Shown: positions 22,914-32,139, counted from the stretch's first letter. The stretch: 64,000 nucleotides of DNA from an uncultured Planctomycetaceae bacterium (GCA_963813715.1 CAWFAK010000016.1:128001-192000), one strand, 5' to 3'. A program made the numbers and translations. Notes: a model not told the origin generated them from the letters alone.

Positions 22914-24680
22914 TTAGTGTGCTGGGGCTGCCGGTTTCGGGTCCACGAATTGGTCGGCCAGGCCGGCAAAGGCTCCGTTCTTTTTCATCAAGCGAATCGA
23001 GGCGAGCAACCGTTTGATTCGCTCGTGCTCGCGCGGACTCTGACGGATCACGACCAAACCGCCAAACTCGGAAATTGAAGCGTCTTCCCCCCAGGAGACC
23101 TCCGGGCCTGTCTCGACGATCGTTCGAATGAAAGGGAGCCCCCAGGCGCCCTCGATCCCGCGAACGGACGCGTGGGCAGTTATCGCCGGTTGCGGCCGCG
23201 CCGCGGGAGAGGTGTTTGCGGCTTCCGTTTGAGGCGCGGCGACGGCGGGCTCGGCCTTGTCCGGCGAGGTTTGCAAAAACCCACCGCCGAACCCTCTTTG
23301 ATCTGCCGGAGACCCAGAATCGGGACCGGCCGCGGTGAGGAGGTCGCGGCAGTCGTAAATGACGATCGAGAGATCCTCGTTGAGTTTGTCGAGTGTGCTG
23401 ATCAAGAGTGCCCCATTGCGGACCTCATACTCCACCGGGCAGTTGGACTGTTCGAAAAGCCAATGCAGCAGCTCGTGTAGCGTGATTCCAGGAATATTGA
23501 CGCGTACTTTTGTCGCCAAATTCGCGTTCGCGTCGCCGAGCGCCCTCCGGTCGATCACGATCGGAATTTGGTACCGCGTCGCAATGAACTCGACCGCGTC
23601 CTGCAAGGACTGCGGTTGGATTTGGAAATCGACCGAAGCTTTCAATGCTTCGATGATGCGTGCTTCGTTTTTGGGTCGCTCGGCGACGTCGGACCTCAAC
23701 GGGTGATCCACGGGATCGAGCTCGACGACGACCGACGCAGCCGCAGTGTGATCGTCAACGGCGCTTGCCTTTTTCCAAGGCGCTGTTTTTGTCGCGTCGG
23801 AATGGGAATCGGCAGACGCTGCAAACGCGCCATGAGTCCGCATCCAACGGAGATCTGCCAGAAGGTGACGGATTTTCTCGTGAACAAACGGGTTTTGGCG
23901 CGCGACGATCAAGCCTTCCAAGTAAACGATCGTTTCACCCGAACAGCAATCCTCCCAGTCGTCGGGACGCGTCGTCGTCGCTTTAAGCGTCGCGATTAAT
24001 TGCGCTGCCCGCGTCCGGACCGGTATCGACATCCTCTGATTCGGACCCTGCCTTGGCGGGTGGACCGGGATCAGGTCGCGACAGTCGTACACGACAATAG
24101 CCTGGTCCTCGCTGAGCTTGTCGAACGTACTAACCCAGAGCGCGCCGTTCTTGAACTCATATTCAATCGGTGCGGGTATCTGAGAAAAGAGCCAATGGAG
24201 CGTATCGTGCAGCGTGAGCGAAGACGCGTTGAGGGCGACCTCGTCGGTGACATCGATGTTCGCATCGTCAAACGATCTCTGGTCGATGACGATCGAAATC
24301 TGATAGTGACTCGCGATCAAGTCGAGCGCGTCCTTGAAAGACTGCGGCTTGATGTCGAAGTCAACCTGCGCTTTGAGTGCCGCTGTAATTCGCGATTCAT
24401 TTTTCGAGCGATAAAGGACCTCGGAACTGAGCGGATGGTCGATTGGGGCGGACTCGAGGACGATCGGAGGAGGAAGAGGCTTGCCGTCTTTGCTCGACGC
24501 CTTCGGCTTGTTACCGGCGTGTCTGCTGCCCGAGGCGCCGACGAGTGGGGTTTTCGCCTTCGGCTTTTCCTGCGCGACGACCTGGTCCGGCCCGCGAACA
24601 GCTTGGGCCGCGGGGCAAATGGCGAACGCGATCAACAACGCAGCAGTCAGGGCACCGACCGAACCGCGCGAAAGACGCAT
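22914..24680 (-). CDS. Exported protein with two copies of a secretin-N/STN-like module; paralogue of 25610..26863 without the HAAS domain
   Basis: Twice DF-x-I-x-PQS-x-x-DA-x-x-x-IA..YDCRDL..RQ-x-P-x-x-HE-x-I-x-x-LL; N-terminus MRLSRGSVGALTAALL matches the TM segment of the upstream paralogues. Confidence 0.8.
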   Translation of the reverse strand: MRLSRGSVGALTAALLIAFAICPAAQAVRGPDQVVAQEKPKAKTPLVGASGSRHAGNKPKASSKDGKPLPPPIVLESAPIDHPLSSEVLYRSKNESRITAALKAQVDFDIKPQSFKDALDLIASHYQISIVIDQRSFDDANIDVTDEVALNASSLTLHDTLHWLFSQIPAPIEYEFKNGALWVSTFDKLSEDQAIVVYDCRDLIPVHPPRQGPNQRMSIPVRTRAAQLIATLKATTTRPDDWEDCCSGETIVYLEGLIVARQNPFVHEKIRHLLADLRWMRTHGAFAASADSHSDATKTAPWKKASAVDDHTAAASVVVELDPVDHPLRSDVAERPKNEARIIEALKASVDFQIQPQSLQDAVEFIATRYQIPIVIDRRALGDANANLATKVRVNIPGITLHELLHWLFEQSNCPVEYEVRNGALLISTLDKLNEDLSIVIYDCRDLLTAAGPDSGSPADQRGFGGGFLQTSPDKAEPAVAAPQTEAANTSPAARPQPAITAHASVRGIEGAWGLPFIRTIVETGPEVSWGEDASISEFGGLVVIRQSPREHERIKRLLASIRLMKKNGAFAGLADQFVDPKPAAPAH

Positions 24681-24754
24681 CAGGAATCTCCTACGTTTGC
24701 GTCGGCCAGTCGTCGTGAATTGGGTGGCTAGGCCGAGTGACTCAATTCGTCGAG
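24681..24754 (-). pseudogene. Decayed 3' remnant of a HAAS/permease-prefix domain
   Basis: In frame with the ATG at 24680: LATQFTTTGRRKRRRFL(M) vs LAAHFTTIARLKRRRILM in the paralogue; off-frame LDELSHS vs LDEFGDA. Confidence 0.7.
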
Positions 24755-24876
24755 CGGTTCGACCATCGAGTGCTGGCGGGGCGCGCCGGCAGGCTCCAAG
24801 ACACCTATACGCGGTTAATCTGCGACCGGTAACAAACGGCAGCGAGATTCACGAATTCAGCCTTGGGCTGGATGAG

Positions 24877-25400
24877 CATCGGATTACCGATGGTGTCCCC
24901 GGTGTCCCGTCCCGAACTGGCTATCGGCTTGCCGGGGATCTTTCTCCCCCCTATGTGAAAAAGGATCCCCACCACCAGCAGAACTCTCTTTTTGTTCGCG
25001 GCGGGGATTCTCTTTCATCAGGGTCGCACTCACCCGTCGTTCGTGTCCCGTCCGTGTTCGTGTCCCGTCCCGACGGGATAATTCACGGTTTAGGGTCGGT
25101 ACAACTTGGGCCCCCTATACAGAATCAGAGTGTCCCGACCCAATGTCCTGCCGGGCGTTCCGATCCCGTCCCACATTCGAGTCCCGTCCCACGTCAACAG
25201 CTCGTCCCGCTCGGGAAGTTGTCCGGACCGGACTTTCCCCACGTCACTTTTCGGGGACGGATATCCAATCCCGTCCCATTCCACGGTGGGGAGCGCCGGG
25301 GACAGTGTGCCTGCATAGGGGTGCCTATTGAGAAGAATAGATCCCCACCCCGCCGGGGATGAAATTTCTGTCCGCGCCGGGATCGTTTTCCCGGCGGCAG
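24877..25400. repeat. TCCCGTCCC-rich, hairpin-dense non-coding element
   Basis: TCCCGTCCC at 24905, 25063, 25164, 25182, 25269; variants at 25046 and 25133; CCCCCTAT twice; many short stems. Confidence 0.75.
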
Positions 25401-25609
25401 AATCCTGTCCGGCGTGCAATCCGCCTCACGACCGAGCCTGCATGCAGGCAGAGTGAAGCCCAACGTCGTCGGCGCGCACCGGAGCACTTGCGCGAGGGAC
25501 CGCTCTCTCCATTCAGCCACAAAAGCTCGACTTGGCCAAGATCAGTTTTTGGATTTTGTGCCGGTTCTCGATGGGACCGAGGTTCGTCCCGTCGGTGCCC
25601 AGCTCAAGC

Positions 25610-26863
25610 TTATTGGGCCGGAGTCCAAGCCGCTCCGGCACCACCCGGCGGCCGCGGTTGGAACGATTCGCGCTCGAGGCCGGCGAAGGCGCCGTCCTTT
25701 TTCATCAGGCGAATCGAGGCGAGCAAGGCCTTGATTCGATCGTGCACGCGCGGATTCTGCCGCACGATCAGCAGGCCGCCCAGTTCGGAAATCGAGGCGT
25801 CGTCCTCCCAGAATTCCGCTCCGGTGGCCGACATCACCATGCGAATGAAGGGCGGGTTTTTGGCCATCTTTTCCTCGCGGGCCTTTTTCGCCTTTGTCGA
25901 TGCTTGGCCCGCCGGGGCCGTCGCTTCAGCGGGGGCCGTGACGAAGACGTCGGCTTGGCCGTGATCGGTCGTCACGGTGCCCGCCAGGGCGGGCAGCCTG
26001 ATCAGGTCGCGGCAATCGTAAACGATCGTTTCCAAGTGATCGTTGATCTTTTGCTCGGTCGAGATCATGAGCACGCCGTGAATCACGTCGTAATTCAGCG
26101 GCGAGGACAACTGACCGAGAAGCAGTTGAAAAGCGTCGTGCAGCGTGATGCCCGGGGCACTCAGCTTGACCTCGGTCGTCGTGTCGACGTTCGCGTCCTC
26201 GAGCGCCTTCTGGTCGATCAGAATCGGAATCTGGTAGCGAGCCGCAATAAAGTCGAGCGCGTCCTTGAGCGATTGCGGGTCGATGGTGAAGTCGACCGGC
26301 TGGTGCAGTGCGTCAAGGATGCGTGCTTCGACGAGCGGGAGACCTGCGAGGTCGGAACTCGAAGGGTGGTCGACCGCGCCGAAGTTGACACCAACGGGCA
26401 CCCTTGGGGGCGGGGCCTGGTTGCTCTTGTGCGCCTTGCTGCCAGGGGTCGGTTCGACCGAGAGGCCCGAGCCACCTTTCGCGGGCTCGAGGGCCTTCGG
26501 CTTTTCCTGAGCCACAATCCGTTCGGGACCGCGCAGGGCCCGGTTGTCCGGCCAGAAGGCATAACCAATCAACAACGCCGCAGTCAGGACGCCGACCGAT
26601 CCGAGCGACAGACGCATGAGGATTCTCCTTCGTTTCAGACGGGCGATCGTGGTGAAGTGAGCGGCCAGAACGGCCGCGTCGCCGAATTCGTCGAGAGCTT
26701 GAGCAACGGCCCGTTCGCGGGGCACGCCAGCCCGCGCCAGTTCCTCCAACCGCTCTTCCAAGTGGTCGCGCAGTTCGTCCGCAATCAGCTCGCGCTGCCC
26801 GGATGTGAGACGCAGGCACTTGGCGAGAAGTTTCAAATAAAGATCGAATTCTTGTTCGGACAC
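25610..26863 (-). CDS. HAAS/permease-prefix domain + TM + secretin-N-like extracytoplasmic module
   Basis: MSEQEFDLYL..IADELRDHLEERLEEL..AVAQALDEFGDAAVLA. Confidence 0.82.
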   Translation of the reverse strand: MSEQEFDLYLKLLAKCLRLTSGQRELIADELRDHLEERLEELARAGVPRERAVAQALDEFGDAAVLAAHFTTIARLKRRRILMRLSLGSVGVLTAALLIGYAFWPDNRALRGPERIVAQEKPKALEPAKGGSGLSVEPTPGSKAHKSNQAPPPRVPVGVNFGAVDHPSSSDLAGLPLVEARILDALHQPVDFTIDPQSLKDALDFIAARYQIPILIDQKALEDANVDTTTEVKLSAPGITLHDAFQLLLGQLSSPLNYDVIHGVLMISTEQKINDHLETIVYDCRDLIRLPALAGTVTTDHGQADVFVTAPAEATAPAGQASTKAKKAREEKMAKNPPFIRMVMSATGAEFWEDDASISELGGLLIVRQNPRVHDRIKALLASIRLMKKDGAFAGLERESFQPRPPGGAGAAWTPAQ

Positions 26864-26887
26864 GTCAGCTTCCGAGGGGTCGTTGAG

Positions 26888-28377
26888 TCAGGGCAGTCGC
26901 TTGGGGTAGATGGGCTTTCCAGGCGGCAAACGCGCACAGGAGTGGGCGTCGCGGATGATCCAGTCGTCCGCCGTCAGGCCACTAGTGATGGCCAGCAGAT
27001 TGTCCGCATATCCCCGCGCTACAACCACGTTTCGATGTTGTGGAACGTCGCGGTCACCCAAAACCCAGACGAAACGTTGGCCCTCGCTCTCTGCTAACGC
27101 CTTTCCAGGGATGAGGAGGGCTGCATGTGGCTTACCCTCTTCATAACGAACCGTGACAAACAGGCCGGAGACAAGGGCCGCATCCTGATTCGGCACGCGG
27201 GCGCGCACCATCGTCTCGCCCGAAACACTGAAATCGGCGTCTTCAACGAACTCCAAAAACCCTTGGCGATTGCCGCCGATTGGCGCAAGATCTCAACCGG
27301 GGCCTCCGAGTTGCGGAAGTCGCCGCGCTGAGTTCGCTGCCGCAGCGCAAACCAGGCCCCTTGGTCCACCGTGATGGCAACATAAACCGGATCGAGGGAG
27401 ACGATCGTGGCCAGCTTACCCTCCTCGCCCCTGACCAGGCTGCCGACGTCGAACGCTGAGCGGCTGATGTAGCCGCCAATTGGCGCGGTAATGCGGGTCC
27501 AAGCGAGCCGAAGCAGCGCCGATTCCAGGTTCGCCCGCGCCATTTGCAAATCGGCACGGGCGATTTGGCATTCCTGCTCGCTCTCGTCGACTAGCGGGCC
27601 CGGAGTGTTTCCTGATGCCTGTTGCTGCTTAAGGTGAGCGGCTCTTGCCAAGGCGAATTTCACCTTCGCCTCAGCGCGCTGGACCTCGGCCTTAGTCTTG
27701 TCGACGTCGACTTGATAGGTGGCGGGATCGATCTCGAAGAGCAGGTCACCGGGCTTCACAACCTGGCCCGGTCGAAAGCTGATTTTTCGCAAATACCCGG
27801 TCGCTCGAGTGCGAATCTGCACCATCTGTGATGGCTGCACAGTGCCGGAAAAGGCCGCGTAGTCGGTCACTTCCTTCGTCACCGGGCGGCAAACTTCAAC
27901 GATCGGCAGCACGGCAGGCGGGAATCGACGCGTGCTCTTGGGCGAACCCGTCGAGGCCACGCCGGGCGTCGAAGATTTTACGTCGGCCGGCTTTTGCGGG
28001 ACTGCGGAACCGGGCTTCTCTTGTGCCACAACGCGTTCTGGTCCGCGAACGGCGCGGTTGTCCGGCCAGAATGCATAGGCAATCAACAACACCGCAGTCA
28101 GCGCGCCCACGGAACCGAGCGAAAGTCGCATGAGAAATCTCCTCCGTTTGAGACGCGCGATTGCGGCGAAGTTCGCTGCCAGCACAGCAGCGTCGCCGAA
28201 CTCGTCGAGGGCCTGCACGACTGCCTTGTCACGAGCAACGCCCGCCTGCTCCAGTTCTGCCAGGCGTTGCTCGAGGTGATCGCGCAGTTCATCCGCGATC
28301 TGCTCGCGCTGCCCAGGGGTCAGACCCAGGCAGCGCGAGAGAAGTTTGAGATAGAGTTCGAATTCCTGTTCGGACAT
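26888..28377 (-). CDS. HAAS/permease-prefix domain fused to an RND efflux membrane fusion protein (frameshift ~27258)
   Basis: Same N-terminus as 26863; VQIRTRATGYL, VKPGDLLFEID, TRITAPIGG, LDPVY; C-terminus RARVPNQD..GLFV..SGLTADDWII. Confidence 0.85.
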
Positions 28378-28398
28378 GCGGAGCGCTCCGCGTTGACT

Positions 28399-28755
28399 TC
28401 AGGTCGTTGCCGGTCGCAGGCCGGGTGCGGCCTCGAGCAAATCGCGGATGCAGTCGGCGTAGGCCCGCCATTGGACGGCTTGCCGATCCAGGCAGGCGCT
28501 GCCGGTCTTGGTGATCTCGTACCACTTGCGGCGACGGCCCGTCGTGTCGTCCCAGCGGCTGCGGATGAACTTCTCCGCCTCGAGGCGATGCAAGAGCGGA
28601 TACAACGTGCCGGCCGGCAGCGGAACGCGGCCCTTGGTCGCCTCGCGGAGCTGCTGCTGAATCGAGTACCCGTATTGCGGCCCTTGTTTGAGCACGGAGA
28701 GGACCATCATGTCCAAGCTGCCGCGCATCAGTTCGGCACTAAAACGGTCCGTCAC
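28399..28755 (-). CDS. PadR-family transcriptional regulator
   Basis: LMRGSLDMMVLSVL..YGYSI..GTLYPLLHRLE..RRKWYEITKTG. Confidence 0.93.
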   Translation of the reverse strand: MTDRFSAELMRGSLDMMVLSVLKQGPQYGYSIQQQLREATKGRVPLPAGTLYPLLHRLEAEKFIRSRWDDTTGRRRKWYEITKTGSACLDRQAVQWRAYADCIRDLLEAAPGLRPATT

Positions 28756-28812
28756 GTTTCTCCTTCCGTGTCGCCAAGACTTACGGGCCGCCTGTCGCCA
28801 GCAGCAGCCTGC

Positions 28813-28837
28813 CTATATATAGCCATGCGATAGGTAG
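28813..28837. promoter_or_regulatory. Possible PadR operator (AT-rich imperfect palindrome)
   Basis: CTATATATAGCCATGCGATAGGTAG about 60 bp upstream of padR; role inferred from position only. Confidence 0.35.
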
Positions 28838-28971
28838 CGTGGCAAGGGAAATCGTGTCGAACTCGAAAAGTATCTGCGAGACGATCGAGGCCCGAGGCGG
28901 AAGTGGCTCGGCAAGCTGACGCTTGCCGCTCGGGAATGCCTTCCGATCAAATGCAACTTGTCAGATCGTTT

Positions 28972-28997
28972 ATGATGCAATATGCTAATTGCATCAT
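28972..28997. promoter_or_regulatory. Perfect 10-6-10 inverted repeat, candidate tyrosine-recombinase core site or operator
   Basis: ATGATGCAAT-ATGCTA-ATTGCATCAT overlapping the recombinase ATG (28996). Confidence 0.7.
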
Positions 28998-29742
28998 GAG
29001 TGATCAAAAAAGAAGCTTTAAGCCTCCGTGGCACGTCACTCGCAGCATGTTCCTGTCGGAGGATGAGGCGGCCCAGTTGCTGCGGCACCTGCGGGCCGTT
29101 CGCGAAATTGCCGGCAGTCGCCGAGCCGCGCTGGCCGCTCGCGATCGTCTGCTGATCGAGGCCTTGCTCTTTTCCGGCCTCCGCAATCGTGAGCTGTGTC
29201 AGCTGACGATCGGCGACACCGTTGTCGGCATCGGGCACTCGGCATTTCTCGTCCGCGGCACTCCGCGGCAAGATCGAACCGTGCACGTTCCGCAGTCCTT
29301 AAGCCTGCTCGTCCAGGATTTCGTGCATACGCACCGGCCACAGCTCGTGCTGAATTCCGGCGGCCGCAAGGCGACGTCCGAGGTGCTGCTAGTCAACGAC
29401 CGGGGCCGTCCATTCGAGCGCACGTCCCTTTATCGCCGCATCGTCGCCGTGCTGACCGCGGCCGGCCTGGGCCTCCGTGCCACCGCGCAGCGCTTGCGGC
29501 ACACCTACGGCTACCTTGCCTACAAGCGCAGCGGGGGGAACTTGCTGTTCGTCCAGCGGCAAATGGGCCACGCCCATCCGATGGTGACCAGCGTCTACGC
29601 GCAGTTCGTGGAGGAGAACTACCCGGCGATCGCCGACCGCCTGGCCGAGTCTTCGCCGGCTTCGCTCTTGCCCGCTCCTCTGCCCCAGCGCCCCAACGAG
29701 AAAAAGGAGAATCGCCGTGTCCGATCACGCAGAAATTCTTAG
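28996..29742 (+). CDS. Tyrosine recombinase, catalytic domain only
   Basis: FLSEDE..RDRLLIEALLFSGLRNREL, QRLRHTYG, VQRQMGH..TSVY; start codon uncertain. Confidence 0.88.
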   Translation: MSDQKRSFKPPWHVTRSMFLSEDEAAQLLRHLRAVREIAGSRRAALAARDRLLIEALLFSGLRNRELCQLTIGDTVVGIGHSAFLVRGTPRQDRTVHVPQSLSLLVQDFVHTHRPQLVLNSGGRKATSEVLLVNDRGRPFERTSLYRRIVAVLTAAGLGLRATAQRLRHTYGYLAYKRSGGNLLFVQRQMGHAHPMVTSVYAQFVEENYPAIADRLAESSPASLLPAPLPQRPNEKKENRRVRSRRNS

Positions 29743-30117
29743 CCGCGTCCAAGAGGCCGTCGGCGAGACGCTGGGCATCGACCCGGCCGATGCGCAGCCC
29801 GCCGAGCGATTTTTCGCCGACTTGGTGCGGAATCAATCGACTGGCTCGACCTGACGTTTCGCCTCGAAAGGCAGTTCGCCGTGCGGATTCCCGGCATCAG
29901 CAGCTTCGCCGGCGTCGAGACCGACGCGGACGGCCGCTTTACGGCTGCCGGATTGACCGGCCTGCAGTCGTGTGTGCCGGCTAGTCTGCTCGATCGCATC
30001 CAGGATCGCGTGCCGCGGCCCACGGGAGCCGAGTTGGCCGACGAGATCACGGTGGCTGATCTTGCCGGCATGGTGCAGCTGGCAGAGGAGTTGAAGAAGG
30101 CCGTGCCGTCGGCGTGA
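29717..30117 (+). CDS. Extended acyl carrier protein (frameshift ~29824)
   Basis: GTG with AAGGAG RBS; adding one G gives ADLGAESIDWLDLTFRLERQFAVRIP (phosphopantetheine Ser) .. ITVADLAGMV. Confidence 0.8.
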
Positions 30118-30182
30118 CGGTTGCGAGCGGGCGGGAGTACGGCGCGTCGCTTCGCGACGAAACGCGGCCTTCGAAACGGAGT

Positions 30183-30214
30183 GTGCCCGGGAGAGCCACA
30201 ACTCTCCCGGGCAC
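30183..30214. terminator. 13-bp stem hairpin between convergent genes
   Basis: GTGCCCGGGAGAG-CCACAA-CTCTCCCGGGCAC. Confidence 0.6.
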
Positions 30215-30357
30215 CCACCTCACGTTCTATCGCCGAGGACAAGGGTTCTTGTGCCGACGTCCGCCGTCAACGATGTCGATGTTTCCAGCAGTCCGCAACG
30301 ACCTCGGCAGGGGAGGCGGGCCAGGTTCAGCCGACCCGATCCTCCCGAAAAGTCAAA

Positions 30358-30939
30358 CTAGCAGCCGCAGCCACAGCCGTGGGGCGAGCCGAACCAGCCG
30401 TGGAAGCAGCCGAGGCCGGTGCCGCAGCCACCGCAGCCGCCGCAGCCACCACATCCACCGAAGAGGTGGAAGTGTCCGCCGCAGCCGCCACAGCTCGAAC
30501 CACAGCTCGAACCGCAGCCGCAGCTACGGACGTGCGTGTGGCAGTGATTGTGGCAGTGGTGGTAGTGCTGGTGGCAGCCGCAGCCGCAACCAACGTTCGC
30601 CGTGCAGCCACAGCTCGGGGCCGGAGCGCAGCAGCTGGGAGCAGCGGCCGGGGCACAGCAGCTAGGAGCAGCGGCCGGAGCGCAGCAGCTGGGAGCAGCA
30701 GCCGGAGCCGGAGCGCAGCAGCTGGGAGCAGCCGCGACAGGAGCCGGAGCGCAGCTCGGCGCCGGAGCCGCACAGGTCGGGGCCGGAGCACAGCACGACG
30801 GAGCCGGAGCGCAGCACGACGGCGCAACGCCACAGCCGCAGCCCGTGCCACAGCCGCAGCCGTGGTGGCCGAACGCGTTCGCCGAGTTCATCGACGTACA
30901 ACAGAACAACAACGCCGCAGAAACCGAAAACCATTTCAT
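30358..30939 (-). CDS. Secreted Cys/Pro/His-rich low-complexity protein
   Basis: GAGGAG RBS, signal peptide ending ANA, tandem APSCCAP repeats, CGCGC and His-rich segments. Confidence 0.85.
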   Translation of the reverse strand: MKWFSVSAALLFCCTSMNSANAFGHHGCGCGTGCGCGVAPSCCAPAPSCCAPAPTCAAPAPSCAPAPVAAAPSCCAPAPAAAPSCCAPAAAPSCCAPAAAPSCCAPAPSCGCTANVGCGCGCHQHYHHCHNHCHTHVRSCGCGSSCGSSCGGCGGHFHLFGGCGGCGGCGGCGTGLGCFHGWFGSPHGCGCGC

Positions 30940-31209
30940 TGTAAACTTCTCCTCGTAACACCAAGTCTTGTAGGACGAACGTGAGGAACTCCGTGTCATG
31001 CCGGGCCGGCGAATCCGCATCGCCTGGGCAGGCGGAGTTCTCGTCTCACAGGATGGCAAACACTACTGCCATTTCGACGAATCGAAGCTTTGCGGGTCAC
31101 GCAAACTGCGTAGAACAAATGCGACGCGGAAAAGTCCGGAGACGGTAGCAGTCGTAGTGATTTTCGGGTTGCTGTTTGTCCCAAAATGCGGGCGGTATCG
31201 TAGCGGCAT

Positions 31210-32139
31210 ATGGAAGCGGCCCTGAGACTTGTGGCAGCCGTGTCGATCGCATCGTGCGCGACGGGCGTGCTCGCTGCGCGTGGCAGGCTTCGCCATACGA
31301 CGCTCCGCGGAGCCTGGTGGTGGGGAGCGGCCGCTCTGTCCCTTTGGACGCTCAGCTTTTTCGCGACGGAAGTGCTCGGCTGGCTGAGCGAGGGAGCGGC
31401 CGACCAGGTCTGGCTGGCCTCGGCCGTATTACTCGTCTGTCCCTTCGTCGCTGTCCTCGGAGCACGGCGGCCCGGATCGCGCGTGTGGGATGTATTTATT
31501 GTGGCGCCGTTGGCGATCGTGCTCGATCTGCCGGCGGTCACCGCCTGGAACCGCGATCTGCAGCCCGCCTCGCTCCACCTCGAAGTCCCGATGCTCGCCG
31601 GCTACGCGCTCGTGCTGGTGATGGGGGCGGGCAACTACCTGGCGACGCGTTTTGCGATCCCCGCGCTCCTGGCGGCTGTGGCGATGCTGCTCGTGCCCGT
31701 ATCGATGTCCTCGCTGCACGGCGCGCCCGACCCGAGTCTTGCCCGACCGCTGGCGACCATCTTGCTGAGCGCGGCCGTCTGGGGAGCCGTCCTGGGACTG
31801 CGGAAGTCGCCGCGGGCCGAGCGACCGGCCGGGCCGACTTCCTTCGAGGAGCTTTGGAACGATTTTCGCGATCTTTACGGCATCGTTTGGGCGCGACGCG
31901 TGCTCGACCGCGTCAACGCGACGGCCGTTCAGGAGGACTGGCCCGTGCGACTGCAGCTGAACGGATTTGTCCCGGTCGATCCGTCGCGGCCGTTGTCACT
32001 CACGCCCGAACAGTCGGGGCAAATCGAACACACGCTTCGCTGGCTGTTGCGACGGTTCGCCGACCCGGAATGGATCGACGAGCGAATCACCGGCCGGATT
32101 GTCGCGCACGGCGCCGGCCCTGCCGAGCGGGGGGTGTAA
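31210..32139 (+). CDS. Multi-pass membrane hypothetical protein
   Basis: About 7 hydrophobic segments; soluble C-terminus WNDFRDLYGIVW..RWLLRRF. Confidence 0.75.
   Translation: MEAALRLVAAVSIASCATGVLAARGRLRHTTLRGAWWWGAAALSLWTLSFFATEVLGWLSEGAADQVWLASAVLLVCPFVAVLGARRPGSRVWDVFIVAPLAIVLDLPAVTAWNRDLQPASLHLEVPMLAGYALVLVMGAGNYLATRFAIPALLAAVAMLLVPVSMSSLHGAPDPSLARPLATILLSAAVWGAVLGLRKSPRAERPAGPTSFEELWNDFRDLYGIVWARRVLDRVNATAVQEDWPVRLQLNGFVPVDPSRPLSLTPEQSGQIEHTLRWLLRRFADPEWIDERITGRIVAHGAGPAERGV

Noticed and set aside
24877..25400. CRISPR array
   Set aside because: Repeats are only 9 bp and irregularly spaced, and there are no cas genes.
24481..25522. ORFs across the TCCCGTCCC element (24481..25362 +, 25090..25419 -)
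   Set aside because: The VP/WDG repeats merely reflect the DNA motif; no RBS or recognisable domain.
22914..29742. Shufflon/invertible cassette system or prophage
   Set aside because: All cassettes share one orientation, two have their own full N-terminus, I found no repeated crossover sites, and there are no phage structural genes.
30121..30984. Ala/Ser/Arg-rich plus-strand ORFs and an apparent tandem DNA array
   Set aside because: Antisense shadows of the Cys-rich gene; the repeats are in-frame coding units.
31095..31160. c-di-GMP-I riboswitch-like words (GCAAAC..GACGC..TCCGG..GGTAGC)
   Set aside because: No GNRA tetraloop or GCAAAG, and the P1/P3 pairings do not form by eye. An Infernal scan would settle it.
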